In this document: positions 60,714 to 64,000 of the stretch, piece by piece | Position numbering within the stretch: the stretch's first letter is position 1 | Layout of the letters: every line of letters begins with the position of its first letter | From: Desulfatiglandales bacterium | GTDB taxonomy: Bacteria; Desulfobacterota; DSM-4660; Desulfatiglandales; Desulfatiglandaceae | Direction: 5' to 3' | Length of the DNA: 64,000 nucleotides | Assembly (NCBI GenBank): GCA_963662465.1 | Contig: OY759599.1 | Span: forward strand, 6,720,001 to 6,784,000 | Program-made: the position numbers and the translations under genes | Notes under the pieces: model-generated | The model's database searches: none | What the model was told of the DNA's origin: nothing | Seen by the model: the letters and a program-made list of their open reading frames with translations, nothing else

Positions 60714-62939
60714 GTCGAGTAGCCAGGGGATGTTGCCATCCCCCAGCCCTCTAAGAACCGTGCGTGCGCCGTTAAACGCACACGGCTCAAGCATTCCAAA
60801 GGCAAGCCCTTTCGGGGCTACCCGGTTGTGACGTTTTATGCTCTTTACGCCTGTCTGCCTTCTGCTGACTGCGTTGGGCATATCGTTTCCTGAAATAGTG
60901 TTCATATTTCGGATCGAAGGGGTTCGCATCCCCTCGAATTTTGACATGGCGTTTTATCTTGACGTCGTAAGCTTTCTCAAGTTCAATTCTAGCGGATTTC
61001 GCATAGCCGTCCTTGATCACCGCTGAAAAGGACCACGGACGAGATCCTTTTGACCAGTATTTATCCACCAGCCAACTCTTACTCTTGCCCGAATGTTTCC
61101 TCCTCATCCATTGCCAAATATAGCTGTAGATACGGTGATCTACAAGCCCGAAAGTTCTACCGGAAACCACATGCCTGTGGTAATTGGCCCATCCCCTGAT
61201 TTTGGGATTGAGCACTTTAATCAGGGTGTCGGCTCTTGATGCCGCATGCTTTCGGATCGTTTGCCGGATATTGCCTAAGAAGGCTTTCACGTTTTTACGA
61301 GAGGGCTTTATCAAGAGCTTCCCCTGGTATTTGCGTGGATTCTGTCCGAGAAAATCAAATCCTTCTTCTATCCTTGTGATCAACGTCTTTTCCGCTGAAA
61401 GCGAAAGTCCTCTTCGCTCCATAAATGCTTCAATTTCCAGCTTGATCTCATTTAGCATCTCTCTGGAATTCCCGGTGATGATGAAATCATCAGCGTAACG
61501 GATTACGTTTATCTTGGACCGTATATTGCCCTGGATTCTTATCGGGGCGGTACTTTTGGCTGCCGCTTCCAGACCATCCAGGACCATATTAGCCAATGTT
61601 GGAGAGATAATCCCGCCTTGCGGGGTTCCTCTGTAAGTCGGATAGAGCTTGCCTCCTTCCACATAACCGGATTTCAGCCATTTCTGAAGCGTCCGTTTAT
61701 CCATGGGGATATTTTCGAGCATCCATTGATGGCTGATTTCGTCAAAACAGGCCTTTATGTCTCCCTCCAAAATCCATGCGGGTGAGTAGCTCTTGGCCAG
61801 AGAAATAAAACAATGACCGATGGCATCCGCACATCCTCGATAGGCTCTGAACCCATAAGAGTTCGGATCGGCGGTGGTTTCCGCCACCGGATCAAGGGCC
61901 AGTTTGTGCAACGCCTGCATGGCTCTGTCTTTCATGGTGGGAATGCCCAATGGGCGTTTCTTGCCGTTTTTCTTGGGTATGTAAATTCGGCGCAGCGGTT
62001 TGGGTCGGTAAGTTCTTCGGTGCAGGTCTTTTGCCGCCTGCATTTTGTCAATGTGGGTGGACCATATAACTTTATCCACTCCCGGCGTGCGTTTACCTCG
62101 GTTGGAAGTAACGCGCTTGATGGCCAACAACTTGGCATAAAACGAATGGGTCAAAAGCCATTGTATTGCCTTAACCTTTCCCCATCGCTTTTCCTTCACA
62201 GCCTTTGCGATACGCACCTGCAGTCTTCTAACGTGCTCGCCGGCGGTTCTCCAGTTTATGGATTTCCACCAGTTTGTTCCGTCCAAAGGTGCACCAGTCG
62301 CCAAAATGGCCACCGTCATTTGCTTTCCCCTGTTTGAAGATTCTACAAATTATCTCGCAATGGAACACCGGTCAGAAGTCTGCTCTCTTTCGAGCCGGAT
62401 CATGTAGGTGATTACACCGTCAATCCGTATCCCCATCATTACAACGGGGCATTTGCTTTTTTCTGACATCCTTTACCCGCAACCCCATGGGCTCACCTTG
62501 CGGTTCGCTTTCCCCGTGGGGAGGATTACGGGCTTACCATGTTCCGCGTAAGTACCCGAGCAGGTTAGGTTCCGCCCGTACGCCGGTGGCACGACATCCG
62601 CGATGGAGGAGTTCGCAGCCCCCATACCTGGCCACATACCGTTTGGTCCAAGCCTTTCAGCATCTTAGGCTTGTTCTCGTGACGACGCTGCAGCGATTCA
62701 CATGTGTTAACCATACTGCTCAATTCTAGCTCCCTTACCGCATGATGCTTGCAGAGTTGAGGTCTCCTCACGGTTCCCTCTCCCGGAAGATTCCGCGGGC
62801 TTCATTGTCCCGAGAGCTTCACACCCCCGGATTACTCCGGACGCATGTCCCGGTAGAATACCTGTTGCAGAAAACAGGGTTTTGTTATATGGTTTATATC
62901 AATATACAAAACAGCTACTTACGCGACATCACGTCGCAC
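60714..62939 (-). mobile_element. Complete CL-type group II intron inserted in attC R'
   Basis: 5' GTGCGACGTGATGTCG; DV GAGCCGTGTGCGTTTAACGGCGCACGCACGGTTC; 3' CTACTCGAC; removal restores GTTCGCG. Confidence 0.9.
60787..62319 (-). CDS. Group II intron reverse transcriptase/maturase (CL lineage, no HNH domain)
   Basis: RVT_N (VRRLQVRIAKA), RPLGIPT, GTPQGG, RYADD, IRGWANYH. Confidence 0.93.
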   Translation of the reverse strand: MTVAILATGAPLDGTNWWKSINWRTAGEHVRRLQVRIAKAVKEKRWGKVKAIQWLLTHSFYAKLLAIKRVTSNRGKRTPGVDKVIWSTHIDKMQAAKDLHRRTYRPKPLRRIYIPKKNGKKRPLGIPTMKDRAMQALHKLALDPVAETTADPNSYGFRAYRGCADAIGHCFISLAKSYSPAWILEGDIKACFDEISHQWMLENIPMDKRTLQKWLKSGYVEGGKLYPTYRGTPQGGIISPTLANMVLDGLEAAAKSTAPIRIQGNIRSKINVIRYADDFIITGNSREMLNEIKLEIEAFMERRGLSLSAEKTLITRIEEGFDFLGQNPRKYQGKLLIKPSRKNVKAFLGNIRQTIRKHAASRADTLIKVLNPKIRGWANYHRHVVSGRTFGLVDHRIYSYIWQWMRRKHSGKSKSWLVDKYWSKGSRPWSFSAVIKDGYAKSARIELEKAYDVKIKRHVKIRGDANPFDPKYEHYFRKRYAQRSQQKADRRKEHKTSQPGSPERACLWNA

Positions 62940-62942
62940 GCG

Positions 62943-63020
62943 AACGACAAGCTCAGCGGCCCCTCCACCGGCCCCCGCCGGAACCGCCAGACTTCCAGGG
63001 GTCCGCTGAAGCGCCTGGTT
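62943..63020 (-). repeat. attC site (host family, subtype B)
   Basis: Identical to 20378-20455. Confidence 0.88.
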
Positions 63021-63045
63021 CGCCAACCCCGGTTTTCTTAAAAGT

Positions 63046-63258
63046 TCAGCCAGTTGCAGCAATTTTTTCAGACTGTTCATCTAAAGCTCTGAGCGTTTCT
63101 TGGATAGCTATTACTTCCGTCTCATCAAAATAGGTCTCACCGCATTGGCTGCATACCCAAGCAGGAATTCTATCCATAGTGAGATGGTATCCCTTCCGAT
63201 CAACATGAAAAGGAGCAATGCCTTTTTCCATCTTTCCTTGACAGTAAATGCAGTTCAT
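63046..63258 (-). CDS. YgiT/MqsA-type zinc-finger protein (duplicate)
   Basis: Identical to 20481-20693. Confidence 0.8.
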   Translation of the reverse strand: MNCIYCQGKMEKGIAPFHVDRKGYHLTMDRIPAWVCSQCGETYFDETEVIAIQETLRALDEQSEKIAATG

Positions 63259-63584
63259 GATCGTTTCCTCTTTTTGAAATCTGATTCCCATTCGCGGGGA
63301 TTGGGAATATACGCTGTAATGATGGCCAGGTAATCAGTTTTAGGCGAGCAAACGATGTGTATTGAGCGACCGTCTACACCCTGCCCCAAAATCAGGCAGC
63401 TATGCCCTCGCGAATCCCCCGGATAATCCTCAACCAATTCACCTTGCTCCACTGCCTTTCTAACATCAAGGGGACTTATCATTCTGTCCGGTCTGGACAT
63501 CTGCCGCACAGCATGCGGGAGGTAAATGATCCTCTTCCCCGCACTCTCTCGGGCTGACTTTATGGTATCAGAAACTTCATTCAT
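63255..63584 (-). CDS. DUF4258 protein (duplicate)
   Basis: Identical to 20690-21019. Confidence 0.8.
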   Translation of the reverse strand: MNEVSDTIKSARESAGKRIIYLPHAVRQMSRPDRMISPLDVRKAVEQGELVEDYPGDSRGHSCLILGQGVDGRSIHIVCSPKTDYLAIITAYIPNPREWESDFKKRKRS

Positions 63585-63751
63585 AACAGACTCTCAAGAA
63601 ATTAGTGGCGCGAGATAAAATCTGGATCCAGTTTTCCAATTTTGATATTAAATTGGGCATCCCAATCCTTCTGAGTATAGACTTAAACGTATGCCATTGG
63701 GCGATAATGAAGGATGAAAGGATGCAATAATGTCAGCACGCACCATGCTTC

Positions 63752-64000
63752 TCATTTCAATCCTGCTTTGTGAAGACCCACTGTTAACTGTTTCCGGATA
63801 GCCTCATCTTTATAAGATGCAACAAGATGGCTGATACACGCGAAAGAAAAATCTGGATTTATTTCTATCACTTTCGACACTTCAAAACGAGTGCCGTCTT
63901 CGTCTCCCAAAATCGCATAAACAAAAGCAAGAAATATGTGACCATATAAAAATTTTGGTGCAATTTGAATTGCACTTTCAAACGCAGAAATCGCTTCATC
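63752..64000 (-). CDS. 3' end of the adenylate cyclase-TPR gene (duplicate, runs off the window)
   Basis: Matches 21187-21435. Confidence 0.8.
   Translation of the reverse strand, partial: DEAISAFESAIQIAPKFLYGHIFLAFVYAILGDEDGTRFEVSKVIEINPDFSFACISHLVASYKDEAIRKQLTVGLHKAGLK

Noticed and set aside
60621..60947. N-terminal 109 aa of the 1141-aa ORF
   Set aside because: Read-through across intron DV/DVI; the real start with RBS and signal peptide is at 60620.
60787..62319. Either RT as a DGR or retron RT
   Set aside because: Both have maturase domains and are enclosed by group II intron 5' ends and DV/DVI.
14667..63020. The recurring 78-bp repeat as a CRISPR array or REP element
   Set aside because: Spacing is kilobases with whole genes between copies, there are no cas genes, and the R-box/extrahelical-base structure fits attC.

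Overview
The window has two parts. Bases 1-13.9 kb are an ordinary core-genome block (rsmG, LOG, purH N-domain, queG, map, two gmd, rpsF-rpsR-yybS-rplI-dnaB, apbE, ribF, tRNA-Leu(CAG)); gene content suggests a Desulfobacterota/deltaproteobacterial host (inference only). From about 13.9 kb to the window end lies a >50-kb minus-strand integron cassette array. I can place 16 attC sites, 12 of them a near-identical 78-80 bp family. In most cassettes the R' box at the start is complementary to the R'' box at the end. No integrase gene is in the window. Cargo includes toxin-antitoxin pairs, HNH nucleases, a serine hydrolase, an adenylate cyclase-TPR protein and large secreted Lcl/DUF1566 proteins, two of them lipase fusions. 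The array is heavily parasitised. Five group II intron insertions from about four lineages all sit in attC R boxes. Three are CL-type and lie at exactly the same register (GTT+3, cassette-sense strand), one is class E-like, and one is an ORF-less IIC-attC intron. A large serine-recombinase element has integrated into catalytic domain V of one of these introns. An IS91-type HUH transposase is packaged as a cassette whose 15-bp terminal inverted repeats are the attC R boxes. There are also three DDE-type ISs with readable target duplications and two MITEs. All family names come from motif recognition by eye, with no database search.
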